64,000 nucleotides of DNA from an uncultured Chloroflexia bacterium. GTDB taxonomy: Bacteria; Chloroflexota; Limnocylindria; Limnocylindrales; CSP1-4. The notes under the pieces are model-generated. The model was given only the letters and a program-made list of their open reading frames with translations. It was not told the origin of the DNA and did not search any database. The DNA lies in NCBI GenBank assembly GCA_963819655.1, contig CAWFXA010000003.1, positions 736,001 to 800,000 of the forward strand, in the 5' to 3' direction. Below, in pieces: positions 1 through 10,046 of this stretch (positions are counted from its first letter, which is position 1; each line of letters begins with the position of its first letter). The translations under genes and the position numbers were made by a program.

Positions 1-637
1 ACTCGTTGACGTGGCCGTTGGCGGTCAGGACGACCGCCTCGTCGAAGCCATTGAGCTCGGCCTCGGACTTCTGGAAGGCCATGTTCACGTAGCCGCCGAC
101 GATCTTGCCGCGGGCGGGCAGCGCCTCGTCGGCGTTGCGCCGCCAGGACGACGACATCACGCGCACGCCGTTGGCCGTGTCGATGTAGTTCCCGAACGGC
201 AGGGTGATGATGCACAGGTCGTTATCGAGGTCATGGAGCCGGACGCCGATCGCCTTCGTGGACTTGTAGAACGACGGGCGGATGTACACGTCCTCGCGGA
301 AGCCATTCCGTCGCACGGTTTCGACGATGAGACGCGTCAGCTCGTCGACCGACGGGATGTCCTGCATGAGCAGGATCCGGCACGACTGGCGGATGCGTTC
401 GACGTGGTCGCGCACCTTCAGCCCGTAGAGCTTGTCCTGCTCCTCGTTCCAGTAGGCGCGGATCCCCTCGAACGTCGCGGTCCCGTACATGAACGCGTGG
501 GTCATGATGCTGACCTTGGCGTCCTTCATCGGGACGAACGCGCCCTCGAAGTAGCAGATCAGCTCGTCCATGCTGCCCGGGGTGGGCGCGTGGTGAGCGG
601 TGGGTGCTGGCGAGTCGGACGTGGTGTCAGTGGTCAT
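1..637 (-). CDS. ilvE: Branched-chain amino acid aminotransferase (class IV PLP), runs off the window edge
   Basis: Own translation: ...KVSIMTHAFMYGTATFEGIRAY...YIRP...GKIVGGYVN...GFDEAVVLTANGHVNE. ATG at 637 with AGGAG RBS. Not in the ORF track. Confidence 0.92.
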   Translation of the reverse strand, partial: MTTDTTSDSPAPTAHHAPTPGSMDELICYFEGAFVPMKDAKVSIMTHAFMYGTATFEGIRAYWNEEQDKLYGLKVRDHVERIRQSCRILLMQDIPSVDELTRLIVETVRRNGFREDVYIRPSFYKSTKAIGVRLHDLDNDLCIITLPFGNYIDTANGVRVMSSSWRRNADEALPARGKIVGGYVNMAFQKSEAELNGFDEAVVLTANGHVNE

Positions 638-719
638 GCGGGCGACTCCTGCGCTGACGGCGCGATACGCTCGCGCGGGCCTGCACGGTCGGCCGAGTAT
701 AGCGTGCGGGGCTGGCCCC

Positions 720-1064
720 TCAGCCGAACGCGACCGCGCTGCCGATCGCGACGCCGATCACGACGAGGGTCGCGACCGCCACGACCACCATCTGTCGGTC
801 GCCCGCGAGCCAGAAACCCACCGCCGCGGCCATGACCCGGGTGATCGGCGTCGCCAGCACTGCCAGGAGACCCAGCCACAGGAAACCGGCCGGCTGGAGC
901 GCGACGATGTCACCCAGAAGCGATGCGAGATCCAGGTTCGGACCGCCGCTCGCTGGCGGGATCCCGTTCGCGACCATCAGCAGGACCCCGACGACCAGCA
1001 GTCCGGTGCCGACGTACGTCAGCGCGATCAGCAGCCGGCCGATGGCCCGGTCGAAACCGGTCAC
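720..1064 (-). CDS. DUF1634-like small membrane protein
   Basis: Three hydrophobic segments, GLLAVLATPITRV motif, overlaps the TauE/SafE gene (typical pairing). Confidence 0.75.
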   Translation of the reverse strand: MTGFDRAIGRLLIALTYVGTGLLVVGVLLMVANGIPPASGGPNLDLASLLGDIVALQPAGFLWLGLLAVLATPITRVMAAAVGFWLAGDRQMVVVAVATLVVIGVAIGSAVAFG

Positions 1065-1828
1065 GACGCCGCTCGCAGGAGCATCTGGACCGCCGTGTAA
1101 AGCAGCACCACCACGAACAGCCAGCGCAGGATCCGCAGGTCGATGCGGTGAGCGACCCGCGACCCGAGGCTCGCCCCGAGGAACACGCCGATCCCGGTCG
1201 GTCCCGCGACGTACGGATCGATCTCGCCGTGGATCAGATAGATGACCGCGCCCGCCGCCGCTGTGATGCCGACCATCAGGTTGCTCGTCGCCGTCGCGAC
1301 ACGGAGCGGGATTCCCATAGCGAGGTGCATGAGCGGCACCTTGATGGTGCCGCCGCCAACACCGAGCAGTGCCGAGGCGACGCCGGCCCCGGTCGACCCG
1401 ACGAACCCGAACGGGAGGTTGCGCACCTCGTAGGTCCGACGGCCGGAGCCAGGTTCGTCGTCGGATGAGACGTCGGCCCGCAGCATCGACACCGCGACAT
1501 ATCCGAGTAGCGCGGCGAACAGCACCGACAGCCAGCGGTCGTCGATCAGGAACGCGATGGTGCCGCCGACGAGCGCACCGATCGCCGTGAACAGCTCGAG
1601 GCGCATCCCCAGGCGCAGGTCGGCCACATGCCGCTCGAGGTAGACCCCCGCCGAGACACTGCTCGTCATGATCACGCTGATGAGCGAGACGCCGACGGCT
1701 GCCGTGAGGTCGAGCCCGAACCCGAGGGTCAGCAACGGCACGATGAGGAGGCCGCCCCCCAGTCCCAAGAGGGACCCGAAGGCGCCGGCGACCGCGCCGC
1801 CGACGATCATGAGGAGGCCGTCTACCAC
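1061..1828 (-). CDS. Sulfite exporter TauE/SafE family membrane protein
   Basis: GSLLGLGGG and SALLGVGGG repeats, ATATS motif, multiple TM helices. Confidence 0.9.
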   Translation of the reverse strand: MVDGLLMIVGGAVAGAFGSLLGLGGGLLIVPLLTLGFGLDLTAAVGVSLISVIMTSSVSAGVYLERHVADLRLGMRLELFTAIGALVGGTIAFLIDDRWLSVLFAALLGYVAVSMLRADVSSDDEPGSGRRTYEVRNLPFGFVGSTGAGVASALLGVGGGTIKVPLMHLAMGIPLRVATATSNLMVGITAAAGAVIYLIHGEIDPYVAGPTGIGVFLGASLGSRVAHRIDLRILRWLFVVVLLYTAVQMLLRAAS

Positions 1829-1864
1829 GCTAGCGGGTAGCTGCCGGCGCCATCCGCCCGAGGA

Positions 1865-2131
1865 CTAAGGGCGGAGGTGTTGCGGGGCGTACGGCAGGAG
1901 CGCGACGTGGCGAGCGCGCTTGAGCGCGATGGCCAGCTCACGCTGATGCCCGGCACACGTGCCGGTCTTCCGGCGCGGCTCGATCTTGGCGCGCTCGGAG
2001 AGGTATCGACGGAGGCGGTTGACCTCCTTGTAGTCGATGAGGGTGGTCTTGTCGGCGCAGAACGCGCACACCTTGCGGCGGCGGCGATCGCGATAGAAGT
2101 CGTCGCGCTTGCGCGAACGAGCGGGAGGCAT
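1865..2131 (-). CDS. rpsR: 30S ribosomal protein S18
   Basis: RRKVCAFC...IDYK...[33 protein letters not shown]. Confidence 0.98.
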   Translation of the reverse strand: MPPARSRKRDDFYRDRRRRKVCAFCADKTTLIDYKEVNRLRRYLSERAKIEPRRKTGTCAGHQRELAIALKRARHVALLPYAPQHLRP

Positions 2132-2148
2132 GGGTCAGGTACTCCTGG

Positions 2149-2622
2149 TCAGAAGGGAAGGTCGTCGATATCGGTGTCGTCGGTCGGGGCGCGCTGGGGT
2201 CGCACACCACCGCCACCACCGCCGCCACCGCCGTCCGACATCGCGCCGGCTCCGGCAGGTTGGGCGTTGAAGGAACCGTCGTCGTCGCGCGGGCGGCGCT
2301 CGAGGTTGACGATCGAGTCCGCGGTGATCTCGAGCGAGGTCCGCGTCTGGCCGTCACGGCCTTCGAACTGGCGGGTCTTGAACCGACCCTCCACGAAGAC
2401 CTTGTTGCCCTTGCGCAGGGACTCCGCCATGCGCTCGGCCCGATCGCCCCAGACGCTGACGCGGAACCAGTCGGTCTCCTCGACCCACTCCCCGGTCTGC
2501 TGGTTCTTGGTGCTCTGGTTGACGGCGACGTTGAACTGGGTCACCGCCCGATTGTTCGGCGTATAGCGCATCTCGGGATCGGACCCGAGATTGCCGATGA
2601 TCATCACCTTGCACAGGGCCAT
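2149..2622 (-). CDS. ssb: Single-stranded DNA-binding protein
   Basis: KVMIIGNLGSDPEMRYTP N-terminus and DDLPF C-terminal tip; lies between rpsF and rpsR. Confidence 0.98.
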   Translation of the reverse strand: MALCKVMIIGNLGSDPEMRYTPNNRAVTQFNVAVNQSTKNQQTGEWVEETDWFRVSVWGDRAERMAESLRKGNKVFVEGRFKTRQFEGRDGQTRTSLEITADSIVNLERRPRDDDGSFNAQPAGAGAMSDGGGGGGGGGVRPQRAPTDDTDIDDLPF

Positions 2623-2633
2623 CGTCGCGCTCC

Positions 2634-3068
2634 TCAGTCGATGGCGGCCGGGGCCGCCTCGCTCTCGTCCTCGCCGATCCGCTCGCCACCGTCGTCCTCT
2701 TCCTCTTCGTCGAGGCGGGGAAGATCGGTGTCGTCAGACTCGTCGGCGTCTCCACCGTCCTCGCGTCGCGAGGCCTTGACGGGCCGCTCGTCGCGGGTGA
2801 TGAGGTGTCGCAGGACCTCCTCGGTGATGAGGAGGCTGTGCTCCAGCTCGGCCAGGGCGTCGCCAGGCGCGTGGAACAGGATGATGTGGTAGGAGCCCTC
2901 GCGATACCGATCGATCGGGTACGCGAGCCGGCGGCGGCCCCACGGGGCAACCTTGGCGATCTGTCCACCGGCCGCCGTGATCTGGCGGGTGATGCGGTCG
3001 ATGACCGCCTGGCTCCGGTCGTCCGGGACGTCCGGTCGGAGCACGAGCATGAGTTCGTATCGGCGCAT
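2634..3068 (-). CDS. rpsF: 30S ribosomal protein S6 with acidic C-terminal tail
   Basis: MRRYELMLVLRPD...WGRRRLAYPI; ATG at 3068 after GGAG RBS. The longer ORF-track start is rejected. Confidence 0.96.
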   Translation of the reverse strand: MRRYELMLVLRPDVPDDRSQAVIDRITRQITAAGGQIAKVAPWGRRRLAYPIDRYREGSYHIILFHAPGDALAELEHSLLITEEVLRHLITRDERPVKASRREDGGDADESDDTDLPRLDEEEEDDGGERIGEDESEAAPAAID

Positions 3069-3254
3069 ACGCGCAGTAACTCCTTCCAATGGGAATGCCC
3101 CGTTGACGTCGGCAGACCGATCCGGCACGGAGCGGAAAGGAAACGGGCGGTAGTCTAGCACGGGTCGCCCGGCCGGCCCGGCAGGCCTCAACGGTCGCCG
3201 ATGTATCCTCTTGCGCGACTCCCGCCAGCCGACCGCAACCAGACCGGAGGCCCA

Positions 3255-4490
3255 GTGCCCGCCAGCACCATCATCGTCCTCGAATCCGCCGCGACCGGTG
3301 CGGCGTCGCTCGAACCGATCCTGTCGAGCGCCGGCTACACGGTCACCCGCACGACCGACCCGGACGAGGCGTTCGCGAAGGTCGCCGAGCACCAGTTGGC
3401 GGTCATCGATGTCGGTGCCGGGGGATCGAAGGGCGGCAAGACCGGGTTCGAGGTGTGCCGCGAGATCCGATCCACGCCGTCGATGACGGCGATCCCGATC
3501 TTGTGCGTGGCTGCCACGGACGACGTCGAGGAGCGCATCAGCTTCCTGGAGGCCGGCGCCGACGACGTCGTCGGCCGGCCGTTCGACCAGCGTGAGGTCG
3601 AGGCACGGGTCGAGGCACTCCTGCTCCGTTTCCAGCGGTCGAAGGATCTCGCTCCCGTGGTGTCGTCCGACGGGCTCACGCTGGCGCGCCCCCGGCGGAC
3701 GGTCGCCGTCTACAGCCCGAAGGGTGGCGTCGGGACGACGACGATCGCGACGAACCTGGCTGTGGTCGCCGCGCAGCGGAGGGCCGACCGGGTCATCCTC
3801 GTCGACCTGTCCCTGCAGTTCGGTGGTGTCGCGACCCACCTGAACCTCGAACCGAAGCTGACCATCGCCGACGTGATCCGCGACGATGCGGCCCTCCGCG
3901 AGCCGGAGCTGTTGCGCTCGTACGCGGTCCGCCACGACAGCGGCCTGCACATCCTGGCGGCGCCGCCGTCCCCGGAGTCGGCCGAGCTCATCACGCCCGA
4001 CCACATCTCGCACATCCTCGGCACGTTGCTGGAGGGCTACGACGCCGTCGTCGTCGATGCTGGGTCGGTGCTCGACGAGCGGGCGCTCCGGGTGTTCGAG
4101 ACCGCCGAGACTATCGTTCTCCCGGTCAATCCCGAGATATCCGCGCTCAAGGCGGTCCACGGTCTGCTCGACTATCTCAACGAGGCGGCCTCGATCGGCG
4201 CGAAATCGACCTTCGTGCTCAACAACATGTTCGCGCGCGACATCCTGAAACTGCGCGACATCGAGTCAGCGCTCGGGTCGCGCATCTCGACTGACCTGCC
4301 GTACGACCCCTTCCTGTACCTGAAGGCCGTCAACGAAGGCGTGCCGATCGTGCTGGGCGCGCCCCGCTCCCCCGCGGCGGAACAGCTCGTGAAGCTGAGC
4401 GCGTCCGCTTTCGGCTCGGATGGATACACGGTCCCGGACGCCGAGCCGGAGCGGCGGGGCCGTCGATTCGGGTTTGGCCGCCGGGCCTGA
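3255..4490 (+). CDS. CpaE/TadZ-like protein: receiver domain plus MinD/ParA-type ATPase
   Basis: REC-like N-terminus (GADDVVGRPFD), SPKGGVGTTT deviant Walker A, VDLSLQFG; GTG at 3255 after GGAGG. Confidence 0.85.
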   Translation: MPASTIIVLESAATGAASLEPILSSAGYTVTRTTDPDEAFAKVAEHQLAVIDVGAGGSKGGKTGFEVCREIRSTPSMTAIPILCVAATDDVEERISFLEAGADDVVGRPFDQREVEARVEALLLRFQRSKDLAPVVSSDGLTLARPRRTVAVYSPKGGVGTTTIATNLAVVAAQRRADRVILVDLSLQFGGVATHLNLEPKLTIADVIRDDAALREPELLRSYAVRHDSGLHILAAPPSPESAELITPDHISHILGTLLEGYDAVVVDAGSVLDERALRVFETAETIVLPVNPEISALKAVHGLLDYLNEAASIGAKSTFVLNNMFARDILKLRDIESALGSRISTDLPYDPFLYLKAVNEGVPIVLGAPRSPAAEQLVKLSASAFGSDGYTVPDAEPERRGRRFGFGRRA

Positions 4491-4548
4491 GTTTCCGCGG
4501 CCCACGCCCGTTCATCCCGACCACCACTCCCGGTGGCGAGCCCGATCC

Positions 4549-4977
4549 TCAGGCTGCCGGCCGGCCCAATAGCCGCAACACCAGCCCGAACCCCTCATCC
4601 GAGCCGCGCCAATGCGCCCGGAGTGCCGCCTCGCCTACCCGCCGGCCCACCCAACGCAGCACGATGGCGCTCACCACGATGTCGTCGAGCGGACCGATGA
4701 CGGGCACGAACTCGGGGATCAGGTCGATCGGGCTCGCGAGCCATACGGCGAGCCCACCCAGCGCGACCTTGCACGAGCGTGGCGTCGCGGGGTCGCGCGC
4801 CAGCCCGGCTGTCATTCGAAGGAGATCCGGCAGCAGCCGGACGACGTCCATGGCCGTCGCCCGCGACGGCGCCGACCGCCAGACCGCCAGCACCAGCAGC
4901 GCCCACAGACCGAGGAAGAATAGGACCCCGATAAGCACGGCCGGCAACAGGTCCACGAGGCGACAACGGTAGCCCAT
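4549..4977 (-). CDS. DUF1232 (YkvA) family membrane protein
   Basis: SPIDLIPEFVPVIGPLDD motif. Confidence 0.88.
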   Translation of the reverse strand: MGYRCRLVDLLPAVLIGVLFFLGLWALLVLAVWRSAPSRATAMDVVRLLPDLLRMTAGLARDPATPRSCKVALGGLAVWLASPIDLIPEFVPVIGPLDDIVVSAIVLRWVGRRVGEAALRAHWRGSDEGFGLVLRLLGRPAA

Positions 4978-5073
4978 CGCAGCGTCACGACATTCGCCCA
5001 GGCCGATGCTCGACCCGCGCCGCTGCCAGGAGCGGACTTCCCGGCGAACCCACGAGCCTCGTGTGAACGGTCG

Positions 5074-5316
5074 TCAGTGAGCCTCGTCCGGCTGCCTTGG
5101 AAAGTCGCGGTCGCGGTAGACGTACCAGGTGATCCCCGACTCGCCGCTGAGCTCGCGAGCGCGAACGCGGACCCGCGGATACCTGCTTCGGAGGACATCT
5201 TCGAGCTGCCGCCGAGACTCGATGACCTGCGTGGCGATCGCCCGCTGAACGGCCTGCGCGAAGCCGCGGTCAGACGTCGGGATGGAGATGGTGCGCAGGT
5301 TCCAGGTCGAATCCAT
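5074..5316 (-). CDS. Small hypothetical protein (80 aa)
   Basis: Globular-looking composition (LRSRYPRVRVRARELSGE..WYVYRD) unlike shadow ORFs; fills an intergenic gap. Confidence 0.6.
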   Translation of the reverse strand: MDSTWNLRTISIPTSDRGFAQAVQRAIATQVIESRRQLEDVLRSRYPRVRVRARELSGESGITWYVYRDRDFPRQPDEAH

Positions 5317-5527
5317 GATCGAGCCCCACCAGCGGGCCGCTTTGCCGCTGCTGGGACCTTACGTCGCGTGATGCGACACATGGGCGACTGACACTGGGTT
5401 CTCGGCTTGCGTGTCGCTTGCAAGCGACAATGTCACTGTCCCTCGCAAAGTCGCCGATCGCACGGCGCCGGTCGCCCCATCGCGCGACATGGGATCCGAA
5501 CCCCGGAACCGTCAGGAGTCACCCCCG

Positions 5528-6022
5528 ATGCAGGCCGATGAGATCCGCTTCCTGTTCGCCTATGACCGATGGGCGACTCGCCGAGTCCTGACCGTCCTCG
5601 ATGGGCTCGACCCGGCTGTCTGGACGCGCACCCATGTCGTCGACGAGCGCGGCCTGGGCGGCATCCTCGTCCACCATCTCGGAGCCTCGCAGCGCTGGCG
5701 GATCGGGTTCGAATCACAGGGCGACGACGAGGGTCCCTCTCCGGAGCTTGAACCGCTGCCGACCGTCGGCGAGCTGCGCGAGCGCTGGGAAGCCGAATGG
5801 TCCGCGGTCGATACCTGGCTGCCGACCGTCACCGATGACTTCGTCGGATATGTCTTCGGGGGCGTCCCGGTCTGGCAGATGCTGGTGCACGTCGTGAATC
5901 ACGGGACGCAGCACCGATCCGAGGCGGCGGCACTGCTGACCGCGGAGGGCCGATCGCCCGGCGAGCTCGACCTGATCAACTACGCCGAGGAACGGGCCAC
6001 GAGCCGCAGCACGAAGGCCTAG
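5528..6022 (+). CDS. DinB/YfiT family protein
   Basis: YDRWA...LVHHL...HVVNHGTQHRSE His triad; ATG 5528 after AGGAG. Confidence 0.9.
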   Translation: MQADEIRFLFAYDRWATRRVLTVLDGLDPAVWTRTHVVDERGLGGILVHHLGASQRWRIGFESQGDDEGPSPELEPLPTVGELRERWEAEWSAVDTWLPTVTDDFVGYVFGGVPVWQMLVHVVNHGTQHRSEAAALLTAEGRSPGELDLINYAEERATSRSTKA

Positions 6023-6468
6023 GCGACGGGCGCGCTTTCGGCCAGGCGCGCCAGATTCGCGAGATTCGAACGGACCAACCGGCGCCCGATGGCCGGGATG
6101 AGCGGTGTCGCCCAGGCCAGCAGCGGACGCATCTGCCCCTCGATCGAGTAAGTGACTTGGCAGGAGCCGGGGCCCACGTTCTCCACGGCGTAGGTCACCG
6201 ACGCGCAACGGACCACACCGCCCTCGAGCTCCATCGTCACCGATCGGCCATCCACCCAGCCGGTGATCCGACAGTCGATGAGCGCCTCGCGCCGCCCGAA
6301 GAGGCGACGTGCCACGAATGTGGTGCCGACGGCCGGGATGCCGGGCGACGTCTGGCGGACCTCGAGAACATCGTTCTCCCACGCCGGGACGTTCGGAAAG
6401 TCGATGAGGATCGCCCAGACCTCGGCCGTTGGGCGGTCGATTCGCACGGATTCCGTTAGTTCATACAT
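6019..6468 (-). CDS. SRPBCC (polyketide cyclase/dehydrase-like) family protein
   Basis: SVRIDRPTAEVWAILIDFPNVPAW N-terminus and C-terminal helix. Confidence 0.8.
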   Translation of the reverse strand: MYELTESVRIDRPTAEVWAILIDFPNVPAWENDVLEVRQTSPGIPAVGTTFVARRLFGRREALIDCRITGWVDGRSVTMELEGGVVRCASVTYAVENVGPGSCQVTYSIEGQMRPLLAWATPLIPAIGRRLVRSNLANLARLAESAPVA

Positions 6469-6513
6469 CTGCGCACCAAAGCGCAGCGGCGAGCCGGCAC
6501 CCGGCACGCGTCG

Positions 6514-7323
6514 TCACGAGGATGAGGATGTCGGCTGAAGGGTCGCTAACACCACTAAGGAAGTCGAATCGGCCCTGCCCTTCAGCGTGAGGTCGCGCCG
6601 CTCGAGACCCGAGACGTCCAGCCCCGCCGCGGTCGCGGCATCGAGCGTCACGAGGACCTCCCCGATCGCGGCCGCCGACGCGAGTCGCGACGCGATGTTG
6701 ACCGGGTCGCCCAATGCGGTCAGGTCCACGTGAGACGCGGAGCCGACCGATCCGACGAACGCAACCCCGGTAGCCACGCCGACGCCGATCGGGACCCACG
6801 GGGCACCGACGCCATGGCCCGTTGCCGCGAGCACGGCCTGGGCTGCACGGATCGCTGCGGCAGCGTGATCCTGTCCGGCCAGCGCCGGGACGAAGATGCC
6901 GATGGCCTGGTCACCGACGAATCGATCGACGATGGCGTCGTGCTCGACGAGGACCTGTGCAGCCGTATCGAAGAACCGATCCATCAGCGTGTAGATCTCG
7001 GAGGGGCGCATGTCCTCGGCCATCGTGGTCGACCCGCGAACATCGGCGAACATGAGGCTGCACTCGATCTCGGCACCGCCGTGATGCTCGCTGAGCACTC
7101 CGAAGCACGAGCCGCAGTACTTGGGGTTCTTCGGCCAGGCTCCCTTCCCGATCAGCCGCATCAGGGGACTGGCGGCTCCCCCCAGCGGCGCGGCGCAGAG
7201 CTTGCACCGTGGTTCGCCCGGCAGACGCTTGAAGAGACGACGACCGACCCGGATCGACGGGTGCGTTCCCGCCAGGACGTCCCGCCACAGCTCGTCGTGC
7301 CCGAGTGGTTCCGTGTCGGCTAT
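6514..7323 (-). CDS. Class III adenylate/guanylate cyclase with N-terminal CxxC...CxxC region; probable ATA start
   Basis: MFADVRGST, DRFVGD, TALGDPVNIASRL motifs. The frame stays open upstream of ATG 7161 through CKLCAAP to an ATA at 7323 preceded by GAGGAG. Confidence 0.85.
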   Translation of the reverse strand: MADTEPLGHDELWRDVLAGTHPSIRVGRRLFKRLPGEPRCKLCAAPLGGAASPLMRLIGKGAWPKNPKYCGSCFGVLSEHHGGAEIECSLMFADVRGSTTMAEDMRPSEIYTLMDRFFDTAAQVLVEHDAIVDRFVGDQAIGIFVPALAGQDHAAAAIRAAQAVLAATGHGVGAPWVPIGVGVATGVAFVGSVGSASHVDLTALGDPVNIASRLASAAAIGEVLVTLDAATAAGLDVSGLERRDLTLKGRADSTSLVVLATLQPTSSSS

Positions 7324-7380
7324 CTCGTTCTCCTCGCTGGTCTCAGTATCGACCGGCGTGGCCTGCGAGCCAACACTGGG

Positions 7381-7599
7381 TCAGGTCGTCGGGACTGCGC
7401 CCGGGGCCAGCGCTGTTATCTCGTCGCGAAGCGCTTGGATCGGGTCCACTTCGTCCTGAAGGTCGAAGTCGCCTCGGCCCATCTTATCGAGCGCCGCGAT
7501 CGACCTCGTCCTCGCGACGTGGCCGCCTGCGGCCGACGTCGCATCCCGAGGCGTTGGCGCTCTCAGCCGAACGCCTCGTCGAACGGCCTGCCCTAACAC
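7381..7599 (-). pseudogene. Possible gene remnant or small hypothetical ORF
   Basis: C-terminal part (AALDKMGRGDFDLQDEVDPIQALRDEITAL) reads like a natural helix; no convincing start. Confidence 0.25.
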
Positions 7600-7884
7600 A
7601 CCGGCGGTCGACGACCGGGTTTACGTGAGGCTAGCTGACGCCTGTTGCGCCAGACTTACCGCACGGCTCGTCGCGCCGACAGGCATCTTCGCCGCTCATC
7701 GGGCCGCGGTCGGGTACGGCCTCATGGACTACGGGCTGGTCGCGCCGAACCTGAACCCGACACGTATCAACCGACAGCGGAACCTGACGCACGCGGCTGA
7801 AAGCTGGGGACGTGAAACTTGAACGGCCGCGGTGACGAGTTCGGAACGGATGCTGATGTCACCTTTTGCCCGTAGTCGGCCCCT

Positions 7885-8376
7885 TTGTCAGTGATGGACA
7901 CCGCAGTGGCTGCTTTGGAGCCGCGCGAGAGCGTTGAGGCCGTGTATCGGGCCGACGCCGAGCGGCTATGGCGCGCCGTCTACGCGTTCGCCGGTGACGC
8001 GGAGATCGCGAGCGACGCGGTGGCCGAAGCCTTCGCCCAGCTCCTCAATCGGGGCGAAGCCGTCCGTGACCCGGCAGCCTGGACCTGGCGTACCGCCTTC
8101 CGAATCTCGGCGGGCGCGCTGAAAGCGCGTCGCTCAGGCGACACGCCGACGGTCGGTCCGATCGAGCACCTCGACCGATACAGCGATCCGGATCTCGTGG
8201 CGGCGCTTCGACAACTCCCCGACGCCCAACGAGCGGCGGTGATCCTCTTCTACTACGCCGACCTACCGATCCGCGAGATCGCGGCCCGCCTCGGCTCGAA
8301 CAGCTTGGCCATTCGCGCCAACCTCAGCCGAGGTCGAGGTCGTCTGCGACAGCTTCTGGGTGACCCCAATGGATGA
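7885..8376 (+). CDS. ECF RNA polymerase sigma-70 factor
   Basis: ASDAVAEAF region 2; LRQLPDAQRAAVILFYYADLPIREIA region 4 (start may be ATG 7894). Confidence 0.92.
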   Translation: MSVMDTAVAALEPRESVEAVYRADAERLWRAVYAFAGDAEIASDAVAEAFAQLLNRGEAVRDPAAWTWRTAFRISAGALKARRSGDTPTVGPIEHLDRYSDPDLVAALRQLPDAQRAAVILFYYADLPIREIAARLGSNSLAIRANLSRGRGRLRQLLGDPNG

Positions 8377-9841
8377 TCTCCGCGATCGCTTCGCGACCCT
8401 CGACGACGTGCCCGTGCCCGATGTCTGGAACGGTGTCGAACGTCGTCTCGAGGCACTCGGCGCGGCCGCGCCGACCGGGCGCGTCGTCGCCGTCCGACCG
8501 GGCCGTCGGAGCGCCATGACCGGTGCGCTGCCGCGATCCGGCGAAATGAGTGGCGGACGGAGAAGCGTGGGGCTGCTTGCTGCAGCCACGCTCATCGCCG
8601 CGCTGCTGGTTGGAGGTGCGATCGCCGTTGGCTCGGGTTGGGTGCGTTTATCGCCGCTCCCGCCACCAGCCCTCGACGCGACCCTGATCCCCAGCCCGCC
8701 GGCGCCGTCGACATCCCCGAGCGTTTCCCCCTCGCCGACGCCTGGCCTCACACCGAGCGTCATCGGATCGGGTTCGTGGTCCGTCACGAACCCACCGCAT
8801 CGCGGAGGAAGTTTCGGCACGGCAACCCTCCTGCGGGACGGCAGGGTGCTCCTCACAGGAGGCCAAGCGGAGGACGGCACGCAGACGGGCGAGGCGCAGC
8901 TCTTCGATCCGGCCACCGGCCAGTGGACCGAGACCGGGAGCATGCACGTCGCGCGCTATGGGTCCGTCGCCAGCCTGCTTGCCGACGGCCGAGTGCTGGT
9001 CACCGGCGGTGTCGACTCGAGCAAGGGGTACTTGGGGGCCTTGGCCTCGGCAGAACTGTACGACCCGACGACCGGGACATGGACCGAGACCGGCAGCATG
9101 ACGAGGTGGCGGATTTACTCAACGGCCATCTCGTTGGCCGACGGCCGGGTTCTCGTCCTCGGCGGGCACGTCAGCGGCAAGAACACATCGTCCCAACGGA
9201 TACCGCCGGGCGGCGGCGGGGAGACAAAGGGCGCGGAAACGTATGACCCGGATAGCGGCACCTGGAGCTGGGCCCGCTCGATGACCGCGCCCCCCGAGAC
9301 CGCCACGCTTCTGCCGGACGGAAGGGTCCTGGTCACGCACGATGGGGGCTCGTCCGAGCTGTTCGACCCGCAAACTGGGCGATGGACCGCCACGGCGAAC
9401 CCAACGCAGCCGCTCTACGCGCCTGAGGCAACGCTCCTGGCGAATGGCGAAGTGTTGCTGTTGAGTATGTGGGACCACCCTGTAGAACGTGCCGGATGCC
9501 CCTGCCGACATTTCGTGGGCCGGGCCGAACTGTACGACCCCCTCACCGGAAGCTGGACCCCGACAGGAAGTCCGCCCGACGGGTGGGGGACTGCGGCTCT
9601 CCTGGCCGACGGAATCGCCCTCGTGTTTGGGGCCGACGGGGCGGACCGGTATGACCCGCAAAGCGGATCATGGGCAACGGTGGCGGTCCCTGCCTCCAAC
9701 CTGTCTATGGGTGATGGCAACGGTGGACCCCCACCCAACTACTGGGACGCGGGCGGCATCGCGATCCGGCTGCTCGACGGCAGGGTCCTCGCAATCGGCG
9801 ATGTCGGGACGGCCCTGTTCGACCCGACGGGGAACCCGTGA
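8360..9841 (+). CDS. Membrane-anchored Kelch/galactose-oxidase-type beta-propeller protein (putative anti-sigma)
   Basis: Short N-terminus, one TM, P/S/T linker, repeated ATLLxDGRVLxxGG...AELYDPxTGxWT units; overlaps the sigma gene. Confidence 0.85.
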   Translation: MTPMDDLRDRFATLDDVPVPDVWNGVERRLEALGAAAPTGRVVAVRPGRRSAMTGALPRSGEMSGGRRSVGLLAAATLIAALLVGGAIAVGSGWVRLSPLPPPALDATLIPSPPAPSTSPSVSPSPTPGLTPSVIGSGSWSVTNPPHRGGSFGTATLLRDGRVLLTGGQAEDGTQTGEAQLFDPATGQWTETGSMHVARYGSVASLLADGRVLVTGGVDSSKGYLGALASAELYDPTTGTWTETGSMTRWRIYSTAISLADGRVLVLGGHVSGKNTSSQRIPPGGGGETKGAETYDPDSGTWSWARSMTAPPETATLLPDGRVLVTHDGGSSELFDPQTGRWTATANPTQPLYAPEATLLANGEVLLLSMWDHPVERAGCPCRHFVGRAELYDPLTGSWTPTGSPPDGWGTAALLADGIALVFGADGADRYDPQSGSWATVAVPASNLSMGDGNGGPPPNYWDAGGIAIRLLDGRVLAIGDVGTALFDPTGNP

Positions 9842-9868
9842 TTGTGGGGTGCCGTAGGGGTGTTTTTC

Positions 9869-9955
9869 TGGTGCCGGAGCCGAGATTCGAACTCGAACGC
9901 CCTTGCGGGCCGCGGAGTTTAAGTCCGCTGCGTCTACCAGTTCCGCCACTCCGGC
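9869..9955 (-). tRNA. tRNA-Leu(TAA)
   Basis: GCCGGAG acceptor stem, GCGGA-CT-TAA-AC-TCCGC anticodon arm, long variable arm, TTCGAAT, encoded CCA. Confidence 0.97.
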
Positions 9956-10046
9956 CGGGCCGACATCGTAGTCGTTCGACTCAGGCGATGAGCAGCAGGA
10001 CCCTCGCGAACGTCTAGTTTTTACAGACCGTTGGTACCCTCCCCGG

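Noticed and set aside
3069-4160. 508-aa ORF as an S6 fusion
   Set aside because: The upstream part is the antisense shadow of the cpaE-like gene
6060-6071. CGAGATTCGAAC match to the tRNA-Leu(TAA) T-arm as a possible att site
   Set aside because: Only 12 nt, inside a coding region, without the acceptor-stem part; likely chance
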